Made by a program: the position numbers and the translations under genes
Notes under the pieces: generated by a model
The model's database searches: none
What the model was told of the DNA's origin: nothing
The model's input: the letters and a program-made list of their open reading frames with translations, nothing else
Shown here: one piece after another, positions 13,194 to 25,559 of the stretch
How the letters are laid out: every line of letters starts with the position of its first letter
Position numbering within the stretch: position 1 is the first letter of the stretch
Assembly (NCBI GenBank): GCA_963845755.1
Contig: CAWJTV010000041.1
Coordinates: 352,001 to 416,000 of the forward strand
From: an uncultured Planctomycetota bacterium
GTDB lineage: Bacteria; Planctomycetota; Planctomycetia; Isosphaerales; Isosphaeraceae
DNA: 64,000 nucleotides
Reading direction: 5' to 3'

Positions 13194-15243
13194 ATGCTCG
13201 CGGAGCAAGCCGCCCAGTTCGATTATGTCGTCGTCGGATCCGGCGGGGGAGGGGGCCCGGTCGCCGCCAATCTCGCCAGCGCGGGATTCAAGGTCCTCCT
13301 GATCGAGGCCGGCTACGAGTACAAGGACCTGAACTACGACGTCCCCGCCTTCCACTCCCAGGCGACCCAGGACCCGGAGATGCGCTGGGATTTCTACGTC
13401 CAGCACTACTCCGATCCGGCGCGACAGAGCAACCAGTACGATTCCAAGTACGTCCCAGGGAAGGGGGTCCTGTATCCCCGTGCCGGCACCCTGGGAGGCT
13501 GTACGGCGCACCACGCCCTGATCACGATCTACCCACACAACAGCGACTGGGAGGAGATCGGCGGGATCGCCAAGACGTACGACCCGAATGACGACTCGTG
13601 GGCTCCGGACCGGATGCGGCGCATCTTCGAACGGATCGAGCGGTGTGGCTACCTCGGGCAGCCGGACGCGAAGTCCCGACACGGCCTCAAGGGCTGGCTC
13701 TCTACCGACGTGATCACGGACCTGATCGACATCCAGGAGACGCTGGGAGACCCCGATTTCGAGCTGATCCAGACCGTCCTCGGCGCCGTGTACGCGACGA
13801 TCTGGGACCTCGACTTCAACCCCGCCGACCCCCGGTCCCTCGACCGCCTGCTCGACACCATCGAGACCGCACTCGCGGACGCCCCCAAGCTCAAGGAGCT
13901 GTTCAATCTCCGGCCACTCGCCGGGAAGAAGGCCGAGCTCGAGGCCCGCATCAAGGGCTCGTTGAACGCGTTCCTGGACCCCAACCAGTACCCGGTGACG
14001 CTGGAACACCGCGAGGGCGTGTTCCTGATCCCGATCGCCGTCAGCAACGACGCGCGGAAGCGCGTTGGGACGCGGGATCGGATCAATCAAGTCAAGACAC
14101 AATTCAGTGAGAACATGACGATATGGTCTAACACGTTCGTCACCAGGGTCGTCTTCGAGGGGAAACGGGCAGTGGGGGTGGAATACGTCCGGAGCCCGAA
14201 ATACTACGACGCCGCCCCGGCGCCGAAGGACGGCCGCAAGCGGTCGGGACCGATCGAGACGGTACGCGTCCGGCGCGAGGTGATTCTCTGCGGTGGCGCG
14301 TTCAATACGCCCCAGCTTCTCATGCTCTCGGGGATCGGACCGGCCAAGCACCTCGCCGACCAGGGGATCAACGCGGTGGTGAGCGACCTGCCCGCAGTGG
14401 GCCACTTCCTCCAGGATCGCTACGAAGTCGGGATGATCTCCGAATACCCCCGCGACTTCAAGACCTTGGCCGGCGCCCTGTTCCGGAAGCCGAGGGCAGG
14501 GGAGTCCGACCCCGTGCTGACCCAGTGGGAGACGCAGCACGACGGGCTGTACGCGACCAACGGCGGGGTCGTGTCCGTCATCCGGAAATCGTCCCCCAGC
14601 CGGACCGACCCCGATCTCTTCATCTTCGGCCTCCCGGCCGCGTTCAAGGGGTATTTTCCGGGCTACGCCAATGCACTCGAGGCGCAGAAGGACCGGTTCA
14701 CCTGGGCGATCCTCAAGGCCCACACGATCAACAAGGGGGGCTATGTCCAGCTCAAGTCAACCAATCCGTTCGAGCGGCCGGAGATCAACTTCCAGTACTT
14801 CGACGAGGGGACCGACACCGGCGGCGATGACCTCGAGGCGGTGGTCCAGGGAATCCTTTTCGTACGGAGGTTCACAGCCCACCTGGGGGTGGACGCCCGC
14901 CCGCTCGTCGAGACGGGTTACGACCCGCCCGACATGAACGATCGCCACGCGATCGCGGAGTGGGTCAAGAAGGAGGCCTGGGGACACCACGCCTGCGGGA
15001 CCTGTCGAATCGGGCCCAAGGACAAGCCGGACGAGGCGGCGCTCGACCCCCATTTCAAGGTCCGAGGGGTCGAGGGCCTGCGGGTCGTCGAACGCCTCGG
15101 TCTTCCCGAGCATCCCGGGGTTCTTCATCGTGACGCCCATCTACATGATCGCGGAGAAGGCCAGCGAATCGATCCTCAACGATGCGGGATGGAAGCGGCC
15201 TGAGGGCGCGCCCGATGGCTTGAACTTGCCGGACGTGGTCTGA
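13194..15243 (+). CDS. GMC family FAD oxidoreductase (1-nt insertion ~15091)
   Basis: DYVVVGSGGGGG, YPRAGTLGGCTAHH, CGGAFNTPQLLMLSGIG, WGHHACGTC; removing one A gives RVVDASVFPSIPGFFIVTPIYMIAEKAS..stop 15243. Confidence 0.9.
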
Positions 15244-15374
15244 ACCTAACGCGGCCTTCGGGCGAAACCCAAGAGGGATTCCCGCATTTGGAATTCTCCG
15301 GATGCGCAGGGCCAGGAGATGGTTCGAGGGGACTGGACCCCGAAAACCGTGCGGTGCAGGAAAGGGAGGTTGCG

Positions 15375-17829
15375 ATGGGGCGGATTCTCCAGATTGTCCT
15401 GGCGATTGTCCTGGCGGTGGTCGTCGTCGCTTTATACGGGCCGTTCCTGATCGCGGTCGCGGTGTTCGGCCTGGGCCACCTCATGTTCCCGGTCCTGCTG
15501 CTGATCGTCTTCAGTATCCTCTTCGGTCTACTCGGGGCGGATTACGGCCTGCCCGGGTTGTTCTGGCACGACCGCCTCCTGACGCGGATGGGTGCCGCCA
15601 CGGCGGTCACGCTCTTGCTCGCCCTGTCCGGAGTCCTCGCATTCTACACCGCCAAACCGACCGCGAAGACCCTGGATACTTTGCTCGTCCGCGGCCCCAA
15701 CCCTCGCAGAGCAGGGGGAGGACGATGACCTCGGACGGCTCGTACAGTTCCTCCTGGTGACGAGCCCGCCATTCCTGGCCTTGCTCGTGGCGCCCGCCTT
15801 GTTTCCGGCCGCCTTCCCGCGGGTGCCTCGCTCGGTGCCATCGATTTTGATCAGCCGGGATAAGATCGGACCGACGGTGGGACGGACGATGTCCGTCGCG
15901 ACCAACCCGGTGGCCTATGCACTGAGCCTGGTCACCTGGCTCGCCGGGATCGCTCTCGGCGTGCTCGTCATCGTCTTGCTCAGGTCGGCCGCCGAAGCGG
16001 TGCACGGCGGACTGCTGTATTGGGAGGCGGGCGACCACGGGATCAGGCACCGCGGGATGCAGGTCTTCTTCCTCATGCTCGCCGCGTTCTACGCGGTCCT
16101 TTCGGCCAAGCCGGTCTACGACCGGGTGGTGTCGCCCGCTTTCGCGCTCTGCGCCCTGCTGGGCCTGCTCTCGACGGCCTACGCCGTCATCGCCTACATC
16201 TACCCCTGGTCGTTCCAGGGGGGGATGACGCTCGTCATCCTGGTCGGCGCAGTCTGGTTTGCCCTGGTCAATAACGACCCGTACAAGCTCCGTTTTCCCG
16301 AGATGGATGCCTACTACCCGAAGGGAGCCGTGGGGCTCGTGCCGCTGCGGCCGCGGGTGGACGAGATCGCCCGGGACTTCGGGATCGGGGGCGGACTGGG
16401 CCGCCTGCGGCTTGTCCGCGACGAGGACGCGCTGCGCAACTGGGCGGGGACGATCGGGGGCGAGGCGAAGCCGAAACTGGCGGTCGTTTCCGTCAGCGGC
16501 GGGGCGCTGCGGTCGGGGCTCTGGGTCGCGATCGTCCTGGACCGTCTCGAGAAGCAGATCCCGGGCTTCGGCCACCACGTCCGGCTCATCACGGGCGCCT
16601 CGGGCGGCATGGTCGGGGCCGGCTATTACCTGATTCACCGGAGGAAAGTGATCGGCGTGCCCAGCAGCCCGGCGATTGCCGATACCTACCGGCCCTCGGA
16701 GTGGGTGCTGTCCATCCCTCGCGACAGCCTCGAACCGGTTGCCCGGTTTATCGCCCTGCGCGATCCGTTTCTGGGCTTCCTGCCGCGGATCACCACTGAC
16801 GACCGGGGGATCCGTCTGGAGGACGATTGGAAGGACCTGGCCATTCCTTTCCGCGATCTGAGCGGGGACGAGGAAGCCGGCCGGATCCCGTCGATGATCC
16901 TCTCGCCGCTGATGATCGAGGACGGTCGAAGGCTGCTCATCAGCAACCTGGATCTCGGGGCGCTGATCGGGTCGGCCGGGAGCGAGATGGTAGCCAACGG
17001 CGCACCCGGTGCGGCCCGGCTGTACTCGCTCTCGGCCCTGGAGTTCTACCGGCTCTTCCCCGAGGCGACGAGGTTCCGGCTGAACACGGGCGTGCGGATG
17101 AACGCCTCGTTCCCTTACGTCTCGCCGTCCGTCAGCCTGCCGACCGACCCGACCCGACGGGTGTTCGACGCGGGCGGCTACGACAATTACGGGATCCAGG
17201 TCTCCGCGGCGTGGATCCACAAGAACTTCGACTGGCTGCTGGCCAACACCTCGGGGGTCGTCCTCGTGCAGATTCGCGACGCGATCAGCACCGATGCAAG
17301 GCTGGGGGTCGCGGACATCCCCTCGGGGTTGCTCAACCGGCTGTACCGCGGGTTCCGGTTCTTCACCAGCGCGCCCGAGGCGGCCGAGTCGGCCCGGACG
17401 TCGTCGGCCATGTTTCGCAACGATCAGGACGTCGCCGACCTGAGCGAGCGGTTCGCCGAGGCCGCGGGGGGTGACTCCTCGTTTTTCACCACGGTGATCT
17501 TCGAGAACTCCGCCGAAGTGACCTACCGCCCGCCGGACCCCGGAGCCTGGCCCGGCGACACGACGGTCGCCTCCGACACCGTCTCCGGTGTCGCCCTGGA
17601 CTGGTACCTTACCCGGGCCGAGCGCGACAGCCTGATTGCCGCCATCCCGACGCCCGCATCCGGCGGCCTGTGGGTTGACCGGCAACGGCGACTCAAACGC
17701 ATCGCCGAGCTCCGCGACCGGGCCGCCGCGACGTCGGGGTCGGCCCGGGTTGAAGCCCTCACTCAGCTCGAGCAAGCCGAGAACTACGAGCGGCTGGTCT
17801 TACTGGACGACTGGTGGAAACGGCCTTGA
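15375..17829 (+). CDS. Multi-pass membrane protein with patatin-like phospholipase domain (indel ~15700)
   Basis: ~8 hydrophobic segments then SGGALRS, ITGASGG (GxSxG), ASFPYVSP, FDAGGYDNYG. Confidence 0.8.
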
Positions 17830-17902
17830 TTGTCGTGATCGAAAGCTTCGTCGCCTCCGTCAGGTTAAGATCGTCTCGAAGACGGGGAGCGGAGGGTTGG
17901 CG

Positions 17903-18832
17903 ATGGGAACCATGCAAGGAACCACGGAACTTGGAGGCGGCCGCTTCCCCACCCATGCTCGGTCCGGGGGCTTGAAGTTGGGCTCGATCGCCGCCGTCCT
18001 GCTCATCCACCTGCTGGCGGCCACGACCCCGCTCTGGGTCACCTGGCCGGGCGTCGCGGCCTTCGCGATCCTCTACTTTATCACGGGACAACTCGGGATC
18101 AACATCGGCTACCACAGGCTGCTCGCACACCGAAGCTTCCAAACGCCCCGCGCCGTCGAGCGCGGCCTGGCGCTCTGCGGGACCTTGGCCTTTCAGATCG
18201 GCCCGATCAGTTGGGTCGGCAACCACCGCTACCACCACAAGGAGGCGGATCAGTTGCTCGACCCGCACACCCCCCTGGCAGGCTTCGCCTGGGCCCATTT
18301 CCTCTGGACCTTCTACGGCCATCCCGAATTGCCCGACCTGGAGCGGCGGACGCGCCATGCGCGAGACTTGGCACAGGACCCGTTCCATCGCGCCTTGGAG
18401 CGTCATTTCCTCTTCCTGAACCTCCTGCTGTTCGCAGCCCTCTTCGCCGGGGGTTGCCTTGTCGGCGGACCTGGCTTGGGGGCTTCGCTGCTGGTCTGGG
18501 GTGGGTTCTTGCGGGTCGTCGCTATCTGGCACGCGACGTTCCTCGTCAATTCGGTCAATCACCTTTGGGGCTATCGGAATTACGAGACGGCCGACAACAG
18601 CCGGAACAACGTCTGGATCGCGCTGCTGGTCTGCGGCGAGGGTTGGCACAACAACCATCACGCCGAGCCCCGATCTGCGGCGCACGGGCACTGGAGGCTG
18701 GAGTTCGACCTGGCGTACGCGATGATCCGCATTATGGAGGCGCTTGGACTCGCCCGGAGGGTCATCCGGCCACGCTGCTGGCGGCGGGACGCCGGGACCG
18801 GACCTGGACAGGCGGCCCGATCGTTACAATAG
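17903..18832 (+). CDS. Delta-9-like fatty acid desaturase
   Basis: His boxes HRLLAH, HRYHH, GEGWHNNHH. Confidence 0.92.
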   Translation: MGTMQGTTELGGGRFPTHARSGGLKLGSIAAVLLIHLLAATTPLWVTWPGVAAFAILYFITGQLGINIGYHRLLAHRSFQTPRAVERGLALCGTLAFQIGPISWVGNHRYHHKEADQLLDPHTPLAGFAWAHFLWTFYGHPELPDLERRTRHARDLAQDPFHRALERHFLFLNLLLFAALFAGGCLVGGPGLGASLLVWGGFLRVVAIWHATFLVNSVNHLWGYRNYETADNSRNNVWIALLVCGEGWHNNHHAEPRSAAHGHWRLEFDLAYAMIRIMEALGLARRVIRPRCWRRDAGTGPGQAARSLQ

Positions 18833-18985
18833 TGCTCAAGCGAAGAGCCAACCGAACATAAGACCGATTATCAGACGTTGCGCACACGCCAAACACAGGG
18901 CCTGTGGGCGTTCCGAGCCTTACAAGTTCCGAACGTGCTTGTTACCCGGTTCGGCCGGCGTGATCGTCATGGTCCTTGGCCCAAA

Positions 18986-19995
18986 TCAGAAGTCCGCGTC
19001 GAGCACGATGCGGTATCGGGCCTTGCCCGCGCCGAGCCGCTCGAACGCCTCGTTGATGCGGCTCATCGGAAGGTGCTCCGTCTGCGGCGTGATGCCGTGC
19101 CGCGCGGCGAAGTCGAGCATCGTCCCGATGCCCACCGGCGAGCCGATCGGCGACCCGGACAGGCTCTTCTGCCCCATGATGAGCGGGACGACGTGAACCG
19201 GTATCGGTTCGACCACGATGCCGACGACGTGCAACCGGCCGTTCGGCGCCAGCGAGGCGATGAGCGCGTCCCACTCGAGCGGGACGTTCACGGTGACCAG
19301 CAGCAGGTCGAACGCCCCGGCCAGCTTCTTGATCGCGCCGGATCGCGGCTCGACACCACGTGACGCGCGCCAAACTCCCGGGCCTCGTCGAACTTGCTCG
19401 CGCTGGATGTGAACGCCGTCACGTCGCAGCCGTAGGCGGCGGCGAATTTCACGGCCATGTGGCCCAGCCCGCCGATCCCCACGATGCCCACGCGGCTGGT
19501 CGGCCTGGCGTACATCACCAGCGGGTGGAATACGGTCATCCCGCCGCACAGGAGCGGCCCGGCTTCGGCGCCGTCGATGTTTTCCGGGAGGGGGATGGCC
19601 CATGCCCAGTGGGAGCGGACGCGGCTGGCGAACGCGCCCTTGTGCCCGACAATCGTGAACGTGGATTGCGGGCACAGATGATGATTGCCGGACATGCACT
19701 GCCGGCAGTGCATGCAACTGCCGGCCGTCCAGCCGATCCCGACGCGTTGCCCGACCTTCAGCCCCTTGGCCGCCGGTCCGATCTCGACCACCCGGCCGAC
19801 GGCTTCGTGTCCCAACACGGCCGGGAACTGCGAGTACCCCCAGTCGTTATTCAGCACCGAGATGTCGGAGTGGCACAGGCCGCAGTGCTCGACCTGCACC
19901 TCCACCTCCTCGGCCCCGAGCGGTCCGAGTTCGACCTGCTGCCGAACCAATTTGCCCTTGGCGCTCATGGCGACCCATGCGTCGATCATTGCCAT
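18986..19995 (-). CDS. Zn-dependent NAD(P)H aldehyde reductase/alcohol dehydrogenase, Ahr-like (indel ~19355)
   Basis: CGLCHSD, GHEAVG, CMHCRQC, GIGGLGH, GKARYRIVL. Confidence 0.88.
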
Positions 19996-20019
19996 CGGGG
20001 TACTCCAGGAAGAGGGAAG

Positions 20020-20143
20020 CAGGCGGGATGCCCTCGTCATTCGAGCGACTGCGGGTGAGGGGTGCCATGACGATGCGGTTCTTGAGCCGAAGATCGCCGA
20101 TCGCAACGGGCTGCCATACGGGACTTGTAGGGCGCGCAGACAC
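20020..20143 (-). pseudogene. 5' stub of an Old Yellow Enzyme/NemA-like alkene reductase
   Basis: GGAGG RBS + GTG, VWQPVAIGDLRLKNRIVMAPLTRSRS, then similarity ends. Confidence 0.75.
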
Positions 20144-20242
20144 TTTAGCACCTCCTGGGAATTGGAACTTCGACATCTGGCGAGATCTCGAACCTACCCC
20201 TCGTCCACGACCGTCCTCCATCTCAACGTCGAACGAAGTGGA

Positions 20243-21659
20243 TCAACCGAGTTCTTTTTCCCAGACCGCCTGCGCATTGGTGAATTCCCGCAAGCCGAAG
20301 TGTGAAAGCTCCCTGCCGTAGCCGCTCTTCTTGACGCCACCGACCGGAATGCGTGGGTTCGACGCGGAGAAGCCGTTGATGAAGACGCCGCCGGTTTCCA
20401 ATCGTCTCGCGATGGCGCGGGCCTTCTCGGTGTCGGTCGTCCATAGATTGCCGCTGAGCCCGTACTCGCTCGTGTTGGCGAGCCTGATCGCGTGCTCGGC
20501 GTCCTCTGCGATCGTGATGGCGGCCACCGGCCCGAAGACCTCTTCATCGAACGCCGCCATCCCCGGCAGGACGTCGGCAAGCACAGTCGGCTCGTAAAAG
20601 AACCCGCGACCCTGAACCTTTCTGCCACCCAGGAGCAATCTCGCTCCCCTCGCCATCGAGCGCCTCGACTTGATCATGCACCCCGTCGCGCAAGTCGTCG
20701 CGAGCAATCGGCCCGATCGTCGACGCCTCGTCGAGCGGATCTCCTGCCTTCACCTTCCTGGCGGCTTGCACGAACCTGCGCGTGAACTCGTCCGCGACTG
20801 GGCGCTCGAGGATGAAACGCTTGGCGGCCAGGCAAACCTGCCCCGCATTTTGGAAGCGGGCCTCGATGCCGACATGCACGGCTCGATCGATCTCGGCGTC
20901 GGCCAGCACGATGAATGCATCCGCGCCGCCGAGCTCGAGCAGGCTCTTCTTGAGCGCCTTCCCCGCGGTCGCGGCCACCGCCGAGCCAGCCCGCATGCTC
21001 CCGGTCACCGTGACCGCCGCAATCCTCGCATCTTCGATGACGGTGGCAACCACGTCTTTGCCGGCATTGAGATTGGCGAACAGGTGCTTGGGGAACCCAC
21101 TCGCTTCGTACGCATCCCGCAGAGCGTAGGCGCACCCCATGACGTTCGACGCATGCTTAAGAAGGAATCCGTTCCCGGACAGCATGATCGGCCCGGCCGC
21201 GCGGATGACCTGCCAGAGAGGGAAGTTCCACGGCATCACGGCGAGGACCGTGCCGATCGGCAGGAATGAGACGTAAGCGCGGTCGCCCCCGTCCGCCGCG
21301 ACCGGTTCGTCGGCCAGGATCGCCGGCCCGTGCTCGGCGAGCCATTCCAGAGTGGCGGCACATTTCTCGACCTCGGCCCGCGCCGACCCGATCGTCTTCC
21401 CCATCTCGCTGGTCACCAGCAGGGCGATCGCCTCCGACCGCTCCCGGAGCTTCGCGGCCAGGCGCCGGTAGCAGCCGACCCTGTCGGCCATTGGGGTCGC
21501 ACGCCATCGCTGGAAAGCGGCAGCCCCCACCGCGAGCGTCCGCTCGACCTCCTCCGGCGTCTGGAACGGGTAAGTTGCGATCGGCTCGCCGCTGGTGGGG
21601 TTGCGCGAGATCGCGCCAGCCGCTGGGTTCCTGTTCTCGTCCGGCATGATCATCCCCAT
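20243..21659 (-). CDS. Succinate-semialdehyde-dehydrogenase-like aldehyde dehydrogenase, Sad/GabD1 type (indel ~20670)
   Basis: MPWNFPLWQ, LELGGAD, QNAGQVCLAAKR, EEVFGP, SGYGRELS. Confidence 0.9.
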
Positions 21660-22045
21660 GATAGTGAAGATTCAGACCGTCTTGGGACCGTCGCCGTAGT
21701 TGAGGCTTTGATGTCCGGGCGCGTCCAACTCGTCAGCCTGCCGAGGCTCGCGGACGGACGCGAATCCCGCCTCCCTCCGCTCCCTCGCTTCTTCTAAGCG
21801 TTGGGGTATGACAACGGTTTCGGCTGGCGCCCTTCCTTCGGCGAGAGCGGACGGAAACCAACGAGCGGCGTGGAAGGATCGCGGGGCGGTAGACAGATGC
21901 CGGCCCTTCCGCCCTCGTGCTTTGTCACACCTAAGAATTCGGGTTGGGAAATTCTGTCCGGGCGAGCATGGTGCGAAACACGATGGGATTTCCCCTCAAC
22001 ACGCTGAGGATCACTGTGCGGACGGACCAGGAGTCGGATGAGTGG

Positions 22046-22125
22046 CTTCGTTGCCTTGGTTCCCTTCTGTTGAAGGCTGGTTCGCAGTCCCATTCCGGGA
22101 ACAGAAGGAAACGGAGGAAACGAAG
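22046..22125. repeat. Imperfect 26-bp inverted repeat pair with ~9-bp internal periodicity (REP-like)
   Basis: CTTCGTTGCCTTGGTTCCCTTCTGTT (22046-22071) vs AACAGAAGGAAACGGAGGAAACGAAG (22100-22125), 22/26 complementary. Confidence 0.65.
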
Positions 22126-22276
22126 AAGGATCCCTCCACGTTTCCTCTGTGGTAAGTCGGGCCCGTGTGGCGAGGCGACACCACATCGCGCTCGAGACGG
22201 ACGCTGTAAAATCGCTTCCCTCAACCCGAAATCTTAGCTGTGACAGATCACTCGCCTTTACTTTCATCCGGTCATT

Positions 22277-25200
22277 TCAGGGGGTGACCCCGCAACGGGC
22301 GAGTACGGCCCCCACTTCGGCCCACAGGGCGAGGAAGTCCTTCCGCTCGTCCACCGCCAGTCTCTTCAACCGGGCCGGCTCGCGCAGCCAGGCCAGGTCA
22401 GGCTCGTCCTGCCATAACGTCAACATTTCCTTCGCGAGATCACGGTCTGCCCGGCGACCGCCGTCCAGCGTCCTGGACAACATAACCTGGTCGGTCCGCA
22501 ACCATTCGAGCGCCTTCCTCCGCCAGTGCGTCTGCTCCGCCGCGCCGAGCTTGGCCGAATCCTTGCCGAGTCCGCAGCCGGCTAACGCCGCGCAGCGGGC
22601 GGCGCGATAACGGATATCCGACATTAAGGCCTCGGTCCGGTTCGACTTATCGGATTCTTGTGCCGCGCGGCGAAGGCATTGTGTGGTCAGGCATCGGCTA
22701 GGTCCGGATCGGCTGCGAAGGCGTCGGCGCACAAGCGGCTAGCGGCGCCGTAGAGTGCTTCGGATTCACAGATCCCGAGCAGTGCCAGACGCTCGTTGTT
22801 GTCTTGCGGCTGCCAATCTCCCTGTCGGAACGCTTGCAGTTTCGGCAGGATCATGGCCTCGGCCTCGCGGCGTAGAATGTGATAGATCCACCCGTTCTGG
22901 TCGCGCGCATGAACCTGCATCGCCCGCCAGTCATGCGCCAGGATCGCCGCCGCGAGCGTTTTCCGGGCTTCCGTCGCCTGTCCGCTCCTGTGAAAGGACA
23001 GAGCGAGCACCAGGCGAGGGGCCGGTCCGAGAACGCCGGATGCGTCGCCCTTCATCGTGGCGATGGCCCGGTCAAATTGGCCCTGCCGGTACTCGGCCAG
23101 GCCGTGGACGAATTCGAAATAGGGGTGACCCCACTTGTCACTCTCCCGTTCGGCGCTGGCGCGCTCGGCGAGGGCCACGGCCTGACGCAGTTCGTCGTCC
23201 GTGCCGGGCAACAGCAGACACGCCCGCGCAATTCGCTCCGCGTCGAACGGATACGTGGTCGCGCCGAACCTTTCGAGCAACGCCCGCCTGGCGCGGCGGT
23301 AGTCCTCCTCCCGGCCGAGGAACAGGCACAACTCCGCATAGCCGTACCAGGAGTCATGATCCGGTGGGTCGAATTCCAGGAGTTTCTCCCAGGCAGCGCG
23401 GGTCCCTTCGAGCCTGCCATCTGGGGCCAGGACCTTGGCCAAGTCCTTAACAACGGCAACATTCGGGTTCAGTTCAAGTGCCTTTCGGAAGGCGGCGATG
23501 GCCCCCTCCGCGTCCTTCGTTTCGAGCAAGGCCCTACCCAGCTTTGTGTAGATCTCGTCATTCCTGGGGCGGATGGCCACTGCCGCTCGGAAGTAGCCCA
23601 CCGCCACCTGGGGCCGTTCCTTTTCCCAGTACTGACCAAGCAGGTAGTTAAGCCAGAAGTCTTCCGGATGACGCTGCTGGGCCTCGCGCAGCAACGCCAG
23701 CGTTTCCTCCCTGTGGCCGTCTATGAGCAAGACGCCACCCAGCCCGGAGAGGACCAGCGGAGGCTGTGCCAACGCCTCTGTCAACGCTGCCAACGTCACC
23801 ATCCTCGTTGTGTCCCTTGGCACCGTCGTGTCCCTGACCGCCACGGCTTCCCGCCACGCTCGCCGCCAAGGGTCGTCGTCGGCCAAGTCCAGCACGGCCC
23901 GCAGCTTGGCCCGGTCAGCGTCCAAAGCCCAGTAGTGCCAATCGTGAAGGTAGGCCAGCAACGTCTCGCGGATGGCCGAGTTGCCAACCCTTGCCGCCGC
24001 CTCGTCCTCCGGAAGCGAAAGATCGATGCCGCAACTCCGAAAAGCCTCCTCATACAGCGGGGCCGCCGTGTTATGAGTCTTCGTCGGGTCTGTCGAACAG
24101 GCGCAGCCGGATCTCTTCAAGGCTGGCGGCCACGCTCGTGTCCTTCGCGCCTGCACCAGCCGTTCCCGGAGCTTGGCCGAAGCCGAACTGCTCAGCAGGC
24201 TCGGGACGCCCTCCAGCGCTGCCCGCGCATCGGGCCAGCGTCCTTGCTTTCCCAAAGCCGAGGCCTGCTCCAGCGCGGCCTCGACGGCCCGCGTCTCCCG
24301 CTCCTCCTGCCGTACCGATTCCGCGTGTCGCTCGGCCTGCTCCCGCTCCAGCCAAAACCCGCCGCCGATCGCCAGCCCGGCCAGAGCCAGTACTGTCGCC
24401 ATCAGCGCCGCCGCCGCCGGGTTCCGCCGGCCCCAGCGCCACAACCGCGCCGCCAGGCTCAAGGGCCGAGCCCGGATCGGCCGTCCCTCCCCAAACCGCC
24501 TCAGGTCTTCGGCTAGCGCCGCGGCGCTGGCGTAGCGGCCTTGTGGCTCCTTCTGCAGGCATTTCAGGCAGACGGTCTCCAGGTCGCGGGGCACCTTGGC
24601 GTTCAGCCGCGCCGGCGGGACCGGCTCCTGATCAACCACCTGCTGGACCGTCTCCGCCGGCGTTTCGGCGCGGAACGGCGGCCGCCCGGTCAGCAGCTCG
24701 TAGAGGATCGCCCCCAGCGCGTAGACATCCACGGCCGGCCCAACCGCCCGCGACTGGCCCCGTGCTTGCTCGGGGGCCATGTAGCTCGGCGTGCCCAGCG
24801 GGACGCCGCTCAGGGTAAGCCCCGCGCCGCCTTCGAGGCGCCGGGCGAGCCCGAAATCCGTGACCTTGGGCGTGCCGTCGGGCGTGAACAAGATATTAGC
24901 GGGCTTGAGGTCGCGGTGGATAATTCCTCCCTGATGCGCCGCGTGCATGGCCTCGGCCAGGGTCGCCAGCAGCGCGGCGGACTGGCGGGCCGGCTGCGGC
25001 GTACCCGTCAGCCTTTGGGCCAGGCTGCCCCCATCGATCAACTCCATGGTGAAGTAGGGACGGCCGGCCCAGTGGTCGACGTCGTAGACCTGCACGACGT
25101 TGGCGTGTCGGAGGGCGGCGATCGCCTCGGCCTCACGCCGGAATCGTTCCCGCTCGTGCGGGCCGGCGTAAGAGCCGGCCAGCGTCATCTTGAGGGCGAC

Positions 25201-25506
25201 GAGGCGGCCCAGGCGCAGGTGCCGGGCCCGAAAGACGACGCCCATGCCGCCGTGACCGAGCACCGCCTCGACCTCGTAACCCGGGACTTGCGGCAGGGGC
25301 AGATCCTCCGACGGCATCGTCGGGGGAATTCCATGCGGCCAGACCGGGAACAGCGAGTCGAGTTCGGCACGCGCCCGACAGATCTGCCGCCACCGCTCGC
25401 GGACGGCGGGCAGCAGTTCCGGGTACGCACCGCAGACCTCCTCCGGGGTGGCTTCCTGGTCGAGCAGCTCGTCGAGCAGTTCCTGGACGCGGGGGTCGTC
25501 GGGCAT
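22277..25506 (-). CDS. Ser/Thr protein kinase with TM helix and TPR-rich C-terminus (indel ~22690, compensated indels ~24070-24145)
   Basis: GHGGMGVV, VALK, HRDLKPAN, DFG, GTPSYMAPE; C-terminus continues in ORF 22277..22732. Confidence 0.9.
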
Positions 25507-25559
25507 GGCTGCCTCTCACGCGGTCGTGACCGGGTTCGAATGCTGGCGGCGGGACCGGC

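Noticed and set aside
13173..17775. Long minus-strand ORFs 13173..14723 and 15607..17775
   Set aside because: Antisense to the well-supported GMC and patatin genes
22610..22690. Foreign insertion truncating the kinase
   Set aside because: One added base near 22690 joins DPDLADA to LTTQCLRR and the conserved C-terminus
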